Position numbers and translations under genes: made by a program | Source: Bacteroidales bacterium | GTDB taxonomy: Bacteria > Bacteroidota > Bacteroidia > Bacteroidales > Bacteroidaceae | Assembly: GCA_030531335.1 (NCBI GenBank) | Contig: JAUNNV010000029.1 | Span: 1-21,054 of the forward strand | Length of the DNA stretch: 21,054 nt | Direction of reading: 5' to 3' | The notes under the pieces: generated by a model | The model's database searches: none | The model's input: only the letters and a program-made list of their open reading frames with translations | What the model was told of the DNA's origin: nothing | Part shown: one piece after another, positions 1-8,076 of the stretch | Layout of the letters: every line of letters starts with the position of its first letter | Position numbering within the stretch: the first letter of the stretch is position 1

Positions 1-324
1 CAGGTGAGCCTGCCGTTCGGAGGGAGGTAGCGTTTGGGCGTACTCGTAGGTCTCGATGATGATGCTCCGTATCTCCTTGGCTATCGGCAATGTCTTCTTC
101 ACGCTGGCCACCATGCGCGAGAACTCCTTCTGCTGTCTGCGGCTTCGGAACACGAGCGGTTTGAACACATATACCTCCGGAATCTGCAGCGAGGGAATAG
201 TGTCGCCGCCCTCCACACATGCCGGCACCCTGATGCCACTGATGGTGGTGTTGACCTCTTGTGCGCTTGCCGGCACGACGGACAGGCCGCACAAAATGCA
301 GATTATGGGCAATTTCCATGTCAT
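1..324 (-). CDS. Secreted hypothetical protein, N-terminal 108 codons only (gene runs off window start); possibly DUF4294-like
   Basis: Minus-strand ATG at 324 (plus 'cat' 322-324). Translation MTWKLPIICILCGLSVVPASAQE... gives a clear signal peptide followed by an open frame to the window edge. It is not in the ORF track because it is edge-truncated. The family assignment is from memory only. Confidence 0.45.
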   Translation of the reverse strand, partial: MTWKLPIICILCGLSVVPASAQEVNTTISGIRVPACVEGGDTIPSLQIPEVYVFKPLVFRSRRQQKEFSRMVASVKKTLPIAKEIRSIIIETYEYAQTLPPSERQAHL

Positions 325-331
325 CGCGCTG

Positions 332-339
332 CAAAAATA
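332..339 (-). promoter_or_regulatory. Bacteroidetes-type -7 promoter box (TAnnTTTG) for the truncated secreted-protein gene
   Basis: Minus-strand sequence cc-TATTTTTG-cagcgcg-ATG, so the motif ends 7 nt before the ATG at 324. This implies a near-leaderless transcript. Confidence 0.35.
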
Positions 340-351
340 GGAAGAAAATAC

Positions 352-359
352 TACTTTTG
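352..359 (+). promoter_or_regulatory. Bacteroidetes-type -7 promoter box (TAnnTTTG) for the HhH protein gene
   Basis: Plus-strand aaaa-TACTTTTG-cggc-ATG, so the motif lies 4 nt before the ATG at 364. This implies a leaderless or very short-leader mRNA, divergent from the box at 332-339. Confidence 0.35.
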
Positions 360-363
360 CGGC

Positions 364-2382
364 ATGAAGAGGCTGATATATCTGCTTTCATTAGGTTTTT
401 TTGCACTTTCACTACAAGCGCAAAATGTGGTGGAGGACATGGTGGAACAGCTTGTCGAGACCGACGACGGCATCGACCAGGCCGTGTGGGAGGAACGTTT
501 AGAGGAACTGTCGTACCTGCGTGAGCAGCCTCTGAACATCAATACCATCAGCAAGCAGCAACTCGAACTCTTCCCCTTCCTGTCGGCACGACTGATAGAA
601 AACACCTTGTACTATCTCTACAGGTACGGGCCGATGAAGACCGACAAGGAATTGATGATGGTGGAGGACATGGACTTGGAGACTTGCCGACTGCTGCGCC
701 AGTTTGTGTATGTGGGCGAGGTGGAAGAGAAGCATCGCCGCCCGAGTCTTGCCACCATCCTGCAATATGGCCGGCACGAGGTATCGACACGTGTGGATGT
801 GCCTATGTATGAGCGTCGTGGTTACAAGGAGGATGTTTACGAGGGCAGTCCGCTGGCCCACAACCTGCGCTATCAGTTTCGATATTCCGACCGGGTGATG
901 GTGGGTGTCACCGCTGCGAAGGATGCAGGCGAGCCGTTTTTTGCGGGACGCAACGCGAAAGGATACGATTCGTATTCCCCATATTTCTACCTGCGCGATT
1001 TTGGTAGGATAAAGGCTTTGGCCCTTGGCAATTATCGCCTCAGCTATGGCTACGGCATGGTGGTGAACACCAATTTCAGCATGGGGAAGACCTTCATGCT
1101 GAGTACCCTTGATAATCGTGTGCAGGGCATCCGCAAACATTCCTCGACCGACGAATACAACTACCTTCAGGGAGGAGCGTTGAGCTACGACTTGGGGAGG
1201 AGGTGGAGTGTCGATGCTTTTTATTCGAACCGACGGATGGATGGCAATCTCAGCGATGCGGGCGAGATAACGTCCATCAAGAAGGACGGCCTGCACCGGC
1301 GCGACTTGGAGTGGGACAAGCACAACACCTTCCGTAGTCGGGTGCTGGGAGGCAATGTGGCCTACGATGGCCGGTATGTGGACGTGGGAGCCACTGTGGC
1401 CTATCAGCACTTGGGCAGGCGGCTCAATCCTACGCCACACGACTACAACCGCTACTATGCGCGAGGCTGCGATTTCCTGAATGTGGGCGTGGGCTATCGT
1501 GCGGTGTGGCGTCGGCTTACGTTGCAGGGCGAGACTGCCGCCGACAAGGATGGACACTTGGCCATGATGAACACAATCCGATACAACGGCTTGTCGGATT
1601 GGCAACTGATGCTTATGCAACGCTACTACGAGGCCGCCTACGCATCGCTGCTGGCGCGTGGAGTAGGGGAGAGTTCCTCGGTGCAGAACGAGAGTGGTGT
1701 CTATCTTGGTGTCGAGGGCAGGCTCATGCGCTATGTCCGTGCGTCGCTCTATGCCGATTACTTCTACTTCCCATGGTATCGTTATCAGGTAAGCAAAAAG
1801 GAAACGACGGGTTTCGACGGTGGAGCCCAGCTCATTTACAGTCCGCGCGGGGCGTTCAGTCTGCTTGCGCGCTATCGCTACAAACGTAAGTATCACGACC
1901 ACACCCCCGAGGGTGCCGACAAGGCGACGCTTCCTTTCACTACGCAACGCCTCAAGTTGCAGGTCGATTACAGGCTTTCGTCGTGTCTCACGTTGCGCTC
2001 CTCCGCCGATGCGAGCCATGTGCGTTATCAAGGTTGTCCGGCTTCGGTGGGTGTGCTGTTGGGACAATCGGTTGGGTATGACGGCGGGCGGCTGCCCTTG
2101 CAGGTGGATGTGTCGTTTGCGTGGTTCGACACCGACGATTACGATTCGCGCCTTTATGCGTCCGAGCGTGGGGTGCTGTATTCGTTTTCGACGCCTTCGT
2201 TCTATGGCGAGGGGCATCGTGTCAGTGGTGTGGTGCGTTGGGCCTTCACTCCGCACGTCGTCTTGCAACTCAAGTTGGGTGCCACCCATTATCGCGATCG
2301 CGACGTGATAGGGAGTGGCTACGATCGCATTGCAGGATCCGATAAGTGGGATGTGAACTGTTTGTTGAGGCTGAAATTCTGA
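364..2382 (+). CDS. ComEA-like helix-hairpin-helix domain protein with signal peptide and large C-terminal Tyr/Gly/Arg-rich (beta-barrel-like) domain
   Basis: The ORF 34..2382 is trimmed to the ATG at 364, giving MKRLIYLLSLGFFALSLQAQ as signal peptide; the upstream 110 codons are Arg/His-rich junk. The HhH segment is NINTISKQQLELFPFLSARLIENTLYYLYRYGPMKTDKELMMVEDMDLETCRLL. The antisense 596-aa ORF 499..2289 has an Arg/His-rich composition and is rejected. Confidence 0.75.
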   Translation: MKRLIYLLSLGFFALSLQAQNVVEDMVEQLVETDDGIDQAVWEERLEELSYLREQPLNINTISKQQLELFPFLSARLIENTLYYLYRYGPMKTDKELMMVEDMDLETCRLLRQFVYVGEVEEKHRRPSLATILQYGRHEVSTRVDVPMYERRGYKEDVYEGSPLAHNLRYQFRYSDRVMVGVTAAKDAGEPFFAGRNAKGYDSYSPYFYLRDFGRIKALALGNYRLSYGYGMVVNTNFSMGKTFMLSTLDNRVQGIRKHSSTDEYNYLQGGALSYDLGRRWSVDAFYSNRRMDGNLSDAGEITSIKKDGLHRRDLEWDKHNTFRSRVLGGNVAYDGRYVDVGATVAYQHLGRRLNPTPHDYNRYYARGCDFLNVGVGYRAVWRRLTLQGETAADKDGHLAMMNTIRYNGLSDWQLMLMQRYYEAAYASLLARGVGESSSVQNESGVYLGVEGRLMRYVRASLYADYFYFPWYRYQVSKKETTGFDGGAQLIYSPRGAFSLLARYRYKRKYHDHTPEGADKATLPFTTQRLKLQVDYRLSSCLTLRSSADASHVRYQGCPASVGVLLGQSVGYDGGRLPLQVDVSFAWFDTDDYDSRLYASERGVLYSFSTPSFYGEGHRVSGVVRWAFTPHVVLQLKLGATHYRDRDVIGSGYDRIAGSDKWDVNCLLRLKF

Positions 2383-2403
2383 ACAGTGTGTACTTTTGTC
2401 GTT

Positions 2404-2439
2404 GTCGTGGTTTGCCTGGTTTACGACATTATTTGTTTT
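2404..2439 (+). terminator. Weak candidate intrinsic terminator after the HhH gene
   Basis: gtcgt(2404-2408) ... acgac(2423-2427) is a 5-bp stem with a long loop, followed by tatttgtttt. The stem is short, so this is low confidence. Confidence 0.2.
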
Positions 2440-2481
2440 GTACGAGATGATAGGAATGTTATAATCTGCCGTAGTACATTT

Positions 2482-3849
2482 CTAATCGGCCTTTTCGGCA
2501 TTTTCAACCGTTTTCTCCTTTACCAAGTAAGAAGGCAGGTCGAGTCCTGCTTGGTTGAAAAGGTCGTGGAGCGGTGGCACACTCTTCATCAGTCCGGACA
2601 GAAAGTTGGCCGTCGAACCCTTTCCGTCGGCAGAGTTTCCACTGTCCCACACGGTGACGTGGTCGATGTTGACACCCTTGATGGCCTCGACCTGTGTGCG
2701 CACCAGTTCGGGAAGCTTTTCGGTGAGCAATAGCATGTAGGCCTTGTTGGCATCGCCTCCGGCAGCCTCGACCATCTGCTTGTAGCCGGCCGCCTGCTTG
2801 GTGAGCACCTCGTAGTAACCCTTGGCTTCGGCCTCCATGCGGGCATAGATGGCATCGGCCTCACCCTTGGCGTTGACACGAATCTTCTCGGCTTCGGCCT
2901 CGGCCTCGATGATGCGGCGTTTCTTCTCGATCTCTTGGCTTACGAGTACGTTTGCCGTCTGCGTGGAGCGTTCGCGCTCGGCGCGAGCCTCCTCTGCCTC
3001 GCGCTCGGCGGCGTAGGCCTCTTGTAGGGCCCGTGCCGATGCCACCTTCTCGGCAGCCGACGCACGGCGCAGTGCCTCGGCCTCCTTCTCGCGTCGGAAA
3101 GCCTCGGAGTTGGCAATATCCACCTTTGCGTTGTTCTCGCCCTGCACGGCCTGTGCGTTGGCTTCGGAGGTGCGTATGCGGGTCTCGCGTTCGGCCTCGG
3201 CCTTGCCTATGGCACCAATCTTGTCTTGCTCGGCCACACGAACCTTCGCCTCGTTGATGGCCTTGGCGGCGGCTTCACGGCCGAGAGCCTCGATGTAGCC
3301 CGACTCGTCCTTGATATCGGTGACATTCACATTGATAAGTCGCAAGCCTATTTTCTTCAGTTCCACTTCCACGTTGGCACTGATGCTTTCGAGAAACTTG
3401 TCGCGGTCGTTGTTCAGTTCCTCAATGCTCATGGTGGCGATTACCAGACGGAGCTGTCCGAACAGGATGTCGCGGGCGAGTTCCTGAATCTGCGTCGGCT
3501 TGAGGTCGAGCAGACGCTCGGCGGCGGCGTTCATGGATTCCGGATCGGTGGATATACCCACCGTGAAGCGGCTGGGCACATCGACACGGATGTTCTGGCG
3601 CGAGAGCGCATTGGTGAGATTGGCATCGATGGAAATGGGCGTAAGGCTCAGGTATTGATAATCCTGAATGATAGGCCACACGAAGGTGCCACCTCCGTGG
3701 ATGCACTTGGCCGACCCTCGTTTCCCGGTGGTGCCATAAACTACAAGGATTTTGTCGGACGGACAACGACGATAACGCTTGATGATGGAAGCGAAAAGGA
3801 TGATGCCGACGAACACTACGGCCACCATCAGATACATGGATTCTAACAT
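2482..3849 (-). CDS. Flotillin-family SPFH/Band-7 protein (YqiK/FloT-like)
   Basis: An N-terminal TM segment (MVAVVFVGIILFASII) is followed by an SPFH-like region. A long Ala/Glu/Arg-rich coiled coil follows (EAERETRIRTSEANAQAV...AEREAEEARAERER) and then a flotillin-type C-terminus. The gene is downstream of an NfeD-like gene, the classic yqiJ-yqiK arrangement. Confidence 0.85.
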   Translation of the reverse strand: MLESMYLMVAVVFVGIILFASIIKRYRRCPSDKILVVYGTTGKRGSAKCIHGGGTFVWPIIQDYQYLSLTPISIDANLTNALSRQNIRVDVPSRFTVGISTDPESMNAAAERLLDLKPTQIQELARDILFGQLRLVIATMSIEELNNDRDKFLESISANVEVELKKIGLRLINVNVTDIKDESGYIEALGREAAAKAINEAKVRVAEQDKIGAIGKAEAERETRIRTSEANAQAVQGENNAKVDIANSEAFRREKEAEALRRASAAEKVASARALQEAYAAEREAEEARAERERSTQTANVLVSQEIEKKRRIIEAEAEAEKIRVNAKGEADAIYARMEAEAKGYYEVLTKQAAGYKQMVEAAGGDANKAYMLLLTEKLPELVRTQVEAIKGVNIDHVTVWDSGNSADGKGSTANFLSGLMKSVPPLHDLFNQAGLDLPSYLVKEKTVENAEKAD

Positions 3850-3856
3850 GACAAAT

Positions 3857-3904
3857 ATGATAATTTTGAATTATGAACTTATGATAATTAAGAATTATGA
3901 CTTG
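3857..3904. repeat. AT-rich imperfect 24-bp direct repeat x2 in the nfeD-flotillin spacer
   Basis: atgataattttgaattatgaactt (3857-3880) is followed by atgataattaagaattatgacttg (3881-3904). About 19 of 24 positions are identical, including the shared blocks atgataatt and aattatga. Confidence 0.6.
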
Positions 3905-3945
3905 CGAAGTTTGATGATCGAATCGAACAATCTTAACTCAAAATA

Positions 3946-4518
3946 TTATATGGTGGATACTTTCACGGTGGATTCGTCGATGACAGCCTCTATGCGTACC
4001 TTGCGGCCTGTAGGAATATCGACACCGTCCGAAACGGCTGTGAGCTCATGGATGGAACCATGGACAGACACTTGTATCTGGCCTTTTCCCTGTGGTGGTA
4101 TGTGCAGATAGACATCGGCCACCAAGCCCACACAATCGGCCAGCGACCAAGCACCGTTGCGTTCGAGTTTGCGTGTCTGACGGAAAATGAATACGAACAA
4201 TGCCACAAACAAGGAGCCTGTGACCACCGACAAGAAACCCGCGAATAGATGGCTGCCGACCAAGGGGTAAAAGCAGATGCCTCCCCATCCGATGCCCATG
4301 AGAAGGGCGACGACATTCTTCACGCTGAACAGGTTGAGGCCACCCCCCATGTCGAGGGTGTTGTCAACGTCGAAGTCGGCATCGGTGTCGGTCGCATCGA
4401 TGCCAATGAAGGTTAGGATGGATTGGACGACAAACACGATGGTGGAAATGCCGGCAATCCACCAATAAAAACGGAGCATTGGGTCGAGCGATGCGTACCA
4501 GATAGACAATTCATTCAT
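3946..4518 (-). CDS. NfeD-like membrane protein (YqiJ/YuaF-like, C-terminal OB-fold), flotillin partner
   Basis: The ORF 3946..4584 is trimmed to MNELSIWY... at 4518. It has hydrophobic TM helices (WWIAGISTIVFVVQSILTF; LLMGIGWGGICFYPLVG; FLSVVTGSLFVALFVFIF). A C-terminal beta-rich region GKGQIQVSVHGSIHELTAVSDGVDIPTGRKVRIEAVIDESTVKV is typical of short NfeD. It lies immediately upstream of the flotillin gene. Confidence 0.7.
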   Translation of the reverse strand: MNELSIWYASLDPMLRFYWWIAGISTIVFVVQSILTFIGIDATDTDADFDVDNTLDMGGGLNLFSVKNVVALLMGIGWGGICFYPLVGSHLFAGFLSVVTGSLFVALFVFIFRQTRKLERNGAWSLADCVGLVADVYLHIPPQGKGQIQVSVHGSIHELTAVSDGVDIPTGRKVRIEAVIDESTVKVSTI

Positions 4519-4549
4519 GTTTTGATGTGTTTTCGTTGTTTTACGTTGG

Positions 4550-4557
4550 CAAATATA
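4550..4557 (-). promoter_or_regulatory. Candidate -7 promoter box (TATATTTG) for the nfeD-flotillin operon
   Basis: The minus-strand sequence ccc-TATATTTG-ccaacg lies about 32 nt upstream of the ATG at 4518. A TTTG lies about 20 nt further upstream at a -33-like position. Confidence 0.35.
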
Positions 4558-4591
4558 GGGACAAATAGATGAATTGCAAAACAAATCGGCA

Positions 4592-4624
4592 AGAAAAAAC
4601 CCATATCCTCGAGAAGGATATGGG
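4592..4624 (-). terminator. Rho-independent terminator ending the long minus-strand cluster
   Basis: A perfect 10-bp inverted repeat cccatatcct(4600-4609)/aggatatggg(4615-4624) has a 5-nt loop. On the minus strand it is followed by TTTTTT (plus aaaaaa 4594-4599). It lies about 45 nt downstream of the RING-FHA gene stop at 4670. Confidence 0.6.
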
Positions 4625-4669
4625 CTTGATATTAGAACTTGGGGTGAGGGAGGAAATGACGGATGGGAA

Positions 4670-7108
4670 TCACATTTCGACCAAATGGAAGGAGGTCTGT
4701 CCTATCTGGAAGCTTTCGCCATGCCAGAGTTGATATTCCTTTCCAAGCGCGAGATATTTGCCCCCCTTCAAGGTGATGCCATCTACGGCACAGATACGCA
4801 CTACGCCATGCCTTTCATAAACCTTCACCTGCACGGGAGCCACGTCGCTTTGGAGATCCCAAGTGAGTTGCAAGGCGCAATCGACCGACTTGCCGATGGT
4901 GACAACTGTGTGAGGTGATGAGCGTAGCCATTTGTAGAGTGCGATGTCCATATCCTTGACAGATCCCGACACGTGCAGGAAAAAATGCTTGCCGACCGAC
5001 AAGGGTTGAGTCATGCACACCGCTATGGCCACACCATAGCCGATGAACACGAACAATGTCTTCATTAGTTCCGAAACCGTCTGTAGTTCCGCAACCATTT
5101 CCCAAAACAAAGTGCTCGCCACACCCACGACAGCCAGCATCAGCCACTGTCGCCTTTTGAGCCACAGGCGCGAATGATAGGTGGATACACAAGCGATGAC
5201 AAGTGTAGTCAGCACCCAAGGCAGCAGGTCGAACACAAACGAGCCCTCGTAAAGATTGAGCACGACAAGAGTGGCATTGTTGAAAACGAACACAAAAAAC
5301 ACGAGGACACACGCCACGGATGCCCGGACGAACTGCCCAAACAACCTTATGTGCCAACTATACTTGAACAACGTGAAGATTGACAGGGCAAAGGTAAGGA
5401 CGAAACCGATGATGCAACCAAATGTGGGAAGTGTATATAAACGTGAGGAGATGATGTCCAAATCCTGGGGGGAAAATGGGGATACACCTTGCTCGTGAAA
5501 GCCCAACAAGGAAATCGCGATACCATCGAAGAGGTCGAGAAAGAGTGAGCGAAAATGTGGATCCCACACAACCAACCAACCGATCGACGCCGCAGCGATG
5601 GCTACAAGGATCCAGCGTGTGAAGGGGGATGCGTTTTGAGGGTCGAGCAAGTTGGAACGGTTGTAATAATGCGAGCCATCGGGGCAATGCCTTCCATGTT
5701 CGGGGCAATGTTGTCCGTTTTCATTCCAACACTCCAAATGCATCACATGGCTGCATCTTGCCACGATACGGTCGCCCACGGCAAAGGGAGCCTTACAGTA
5801 ATAACATTCGTCGGGGATGGCGATGGCATTGATGCTCATGCGCCCCCCTGTATAGGTGAGGACATACTTGCGCTGAAAGATGACATAGCGTACAAATGGT
5901 TCCAACAGTTGCAAGGCCACGTAGGCGAGCAACAAGACCAGCAAGGCGATAATGATGCCGCGTGAAGCGATGTGGCCGGGCGATTTGTACCCACCGGTAA
6001 CGATTGGCACGTCAATGCTTCCGCACGCATATTCCTTGGAGCACCGGGCAATCAGGCTGTCGTTCCGGTCGTGGAAACTCAATTCCAGCCTGCGCGAACA
6101 GCCGTAGTAGATTTTCCCATCGGGATTCTCGAGCCGGATGGCGAAATCGGGATAGCCAATGCCGAAGGACGCGAAATTGTGTTTGCGCAACTCGACGGCA
6201 CTCAAACCATCGATGACACCCCCCCCCGATTGCTGGCAGAACACCTGCATCATATCCTTGTCGTCGGTGGAACTGTTTCCAGAGTCGGTCGAGGGAGTAC
6301 ACACGTAGCAAATGGCGGGTGCGGAAAACGAGGTGTCGGCGAGTTGTTGTAGGATTTGAGCCTGCACCCAGTAGTGGTCGGGGTCGAGAGGCGTATTGTC
6401 CGTCTCGTCATACACATGGCTGTCCGACAGTATCGCGATGGTGCGGTATGCAGCCGAGTCGAGAGGTGTTCCGGTGCCTTTGCGCAGTTTGCCGAGCATG
6501 AAGTACAAGGCACGATACACGTAAGGAGGAAGTTTGGTGTCGGACACACGATATTTGGAATTGCCGTTTACGTAATTGTCGATTACGTATGGCGAGACCT
6601 CCATGATAGGCGACAACTCGCCTTCGGAAAGGATGAACGAGATAAACACATTCCCATCGCCATACAGACGTATCAGCGAACGGATGTAGTCGCGTTCCTT
6701 TTCAAGCATGTCGGACGATTGGCACAAATCGACCATCAGCAGCAACTTGAGTCCCAACTTGGCATTTTCGGAAGCCACCACGTTGTTGAAGGAAACGACA
6801 TGTGGATGGGTCGATTCTGACCAAGGCACGAACTGGCGTTTCAGCTCCTTCACTGTCATGTGGATCAAGGAGCTGTCCTCAAGTAGGTATTTGTCCAAAT
6901 CATGGGTAATGTCCAACTCCAAGCTTATCTGTTTCACGTCGGTTGAAACGTTCATCGAGCGTATGGCCAAGGCATGGGTCTCGTGTTCGACCGAAGAAGG
7001 ATTCAACTCCGTGAACCGACTGCACGAGGCAAGTAGCAGAATGTATGGTAGCCAGACAGCAAACTGGCTGAAACGACGGAAACAACAAATTACAGACGGT
7101 TTCATCAT
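4670..7108 (-). CDS. Multi-domain membrane protein: lipoprotein signal + periplasmic (possibly vWA-like) domain + TM + cytoplasmic RING-H2 zinc finger + ~6-7 TM helices + C-terminal FHA domain; putative membrane E3-like ligase
   Basis: The N-terminus MMKPSVICCFRRFSQFAVWLPYILLLASCS has a lipobox. TM1 is IIIALLVLLLAYVALQLL. The RING-H2 pattern is C-x2-C-x13-C-x-H-x2-H-x2-C-W-x6-C-x2-H (ECYYCKAPFAVGDRIVARCSHVMHLECWNENGQHCPEH), with a Trp after ligand 6 as in E2-binding RINGs. Hydrophobic helices follow. The C-terminal GKSVDCALQLTWDLQSDVAPVQVKVYERHGVVRICAVDGITLKGGKYLALGKEYQLWHGESFQIGQTSF fits the FHA consensus (G..x..C.L....S..HA.I...........). Domain calls are motif-based only. Confidence 0.75.
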   Translation of the reverse strand: MMKPSVICCFRRFSQFAVWLPYILLLASCSRFTELNPSSVEHETHALAIRSMNVSTDVKQISLELDITHDLDKYLLEDSSLIHMTVKELKRQFVPWSESTHPHVVSFNNVVASENAKLGLKLLLMVDLCQSSDMLEKERDYIRSLIRLYGDGNVFISFILSEGELSPIMEVSPYVIDNYVNGNSKYRVSDTKLPPYVYRALYFMLGKLRKGTGTPLDSAAYRTIAILSDSHVYDETDNTPLDPDHYWVQAQILQQLADTSFSAPAICYVCTPSTDSGNSSTDDKDMMQVFCQQSGGGVIDGLSAVELRKHNFASFGIGYPDFAIRLENPDGKIYYGCSRRLELSFHDRNDSLIARCSKEYACGSIDVPIVTGGYKSPGHIASRGIIIALLVLLLAYVALQLLEPFVRYVIFQRKYVLTYTGGRMSINAIAIPDECYYCKAPFAVGDRIVARCSHVMHLECWNENGQHCPEHGRHCPDGSHYYNRSNLLDPQNASPFTRWILVAIAAASIGWLVVWDPHFRSLFLDLFDGIAISLLGFHEQGVSPFSPQDLDIISSRLYTLPTFGCIIGFVLTFALSIFTLFKYSWHIRLFGQFVRASVACVLVFFVFVFNNATLVVLNLYEGSFVFDLLPWVLTTLVIACVSTYHSRLWLKRRQWLMLAVVGVASTLFWEMVAELQTVSELMKTLFVFIGYGVAIAVCMTQPLSVGKHFFLHVSGSVKDMDIALYKWLRSSPHTVVTIGKSVDCALQLTWDLQSDVAPVQVKVYERHGVVRICAVDGITLKGGKYLALGKEYQLWHGESFQIGQTSFHLVEM
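6219..6227. repeat. 9-nt homopolymeric C run (G9 on the coding strand) inside the RING-FHA gene
   Basis: Plus gacaCCCCCCCCCgat, coding TCG GGG GGG GGT (SGGG) within QSGGGVIDGLS. Confidence 0.9.
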
Positions 7109-7110
7109 TG

Positions 7111-8076
7111 TCAGATGGTGGGATATTCGTTATCGTTAAATTGTGTCATGGACTTGTACTGCTTCGCCGCTTTCTTGGCGGCCTTCAGAGCGGCATATTT
7201 GCTCTTCATCATTGAAACAAACATCAGGATGATGGCTACGGCAGCCAAACTCATCAAGGAATCCTTCAGATGTTGCATCAGAGGCACATACTTCGCCTGT
7301 TGCACCTTGTCGGATTGCGCCTTTATCTCGGCGAACAACTGGCTGAGGCTGTCCATACGATTCTTTAGCGAAGGCACCAGCAATGCGGCTTGGGTGGCCT
7401 GTTGAAATGTTTGCTGCAATTCGGCAAAGGCGATTTGTTCCTTGGCTTGCAGCTGTTGCAGCAGAGGAGCCGTCTTGGCGGTCAGCGACAGCCTCTGGGA
7501 TTCCGACAGATATTGACTGTACTGATGCCGTTTCGATTCCAGCAGTTTTTCGGCCCGTGTAATGTCCTCCATCGCCTGCAGTCGGGCTTTTTGGGCTGCA
7601 ATCGAGTCCGACACGACTTGGAAGGTCACCTGAAAAGCCGTGAACTTGTCCATCAGAATCTCGTTTTCCACAATGTCTTGTTGTCGTACTTGCGTATAGA
7701 TATTCCATTGTACATTCACATTCTGCAACATCCGATCCAGTCCTTTTAATTCTGTCATCTTGGCCTGCGAAATACTTTTCCCGATATTGAGCAGTGTGGA
7801 TATGTATGCGTCCATCTCGCCCATCGTGGCGTTGGATTGTCCGCTTGGATGCGATGTCGTGGGTAAGTCTGAATAGACATCGAACTTTGTGGGCGTAGCC
7901 CATACAGACATGGTAGCCGATATGGTCACAAGCAGGATGGTGCAGAATGAGTAAACAACTTTTGTCACAATTGATTTCCTGTTATTGGCTTCGCCCATAA
8001 CAGACTGCGTCTCGGCATAACCAAGGTAGGCTTGCCTCTGCTCTTGGCTTGCGCTGTTATTCAAATTCACTGACAT
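7111..8076 (-). CDS. Bitopic/two-TM coiled-coil membrane protein, function unknown
   Basis: The ORF 7111..8232 is trimmed to the first Met lying near the stop of the upstream gene (MSVNLNN... at 8076). The start is uncertain; alternatives are 8232, 8115 and 7998 (MGEANNRK...). It has TM segments VVYSFCTILLVTISATMSVWA and LMSLAAVAIILMFVSMM flanking a long Gln/Leu-rich coiled coil. It lies 2 nt upstream of the RING-FHA gene. Confidence 0.55.
   Translation of the reverse strand: MSVNLNNSASQEQRQAYLGYAETQSVMGEANNRKSIVTKVVYSFCTILLVTISATMSVWATPTKFDVYSDLPTTSHPSGQSNATMGEMDAYISTLLNIGKSISQAKMTELKGLDRMLQNVNVQWNIYTQVRQQDIVENEILMDKFTAFQVTFQVVSDSIAAQKARLQAMEDITRAEKLLESKRHQYSQYLSESQRLSLTAKTAPLLQQLQAKEQIAFAELQQTFQQATQAALLVPSLKNRMDSLSQLFAEIKAQSDKVQQAKYVPLMQHLKDSLMSLAAVAIILMFVSMMKSKYAALKAAKKAAKQYKSMTQFNDNEYPTI

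Noticed and set aside
34-363. 5' extension of the HhH ORF starting at TTG 34
   Set aside because: It would bury the signal peptide 110 residues inside the protein. The upstream region instead holds divergent promoter boxes and the start of the minus-strand gene.
499-2289. 596-aa minus-strand ORF antisense to the HhH gene
   Set aside because: Its Arg/His/Pro-rich composition is typical of an antisense shadow of a GC-rich gene. The plus-strand frame carries a signal peptide and an HhH motif.
3226-3846. 206-aa plus-strand ORF inside the flotillin gene
   Set aside because: Antisense to a well-supported SPFH/flotillin frame.
7136-7903. 255-aa minus-strand ORF in an alternative frame of the coiled-coil membrane protein gene
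   Set aside because: It overlaps the longer frame, which has TM and coiled-coil logic. Its composition is Arg/Gly-rich.
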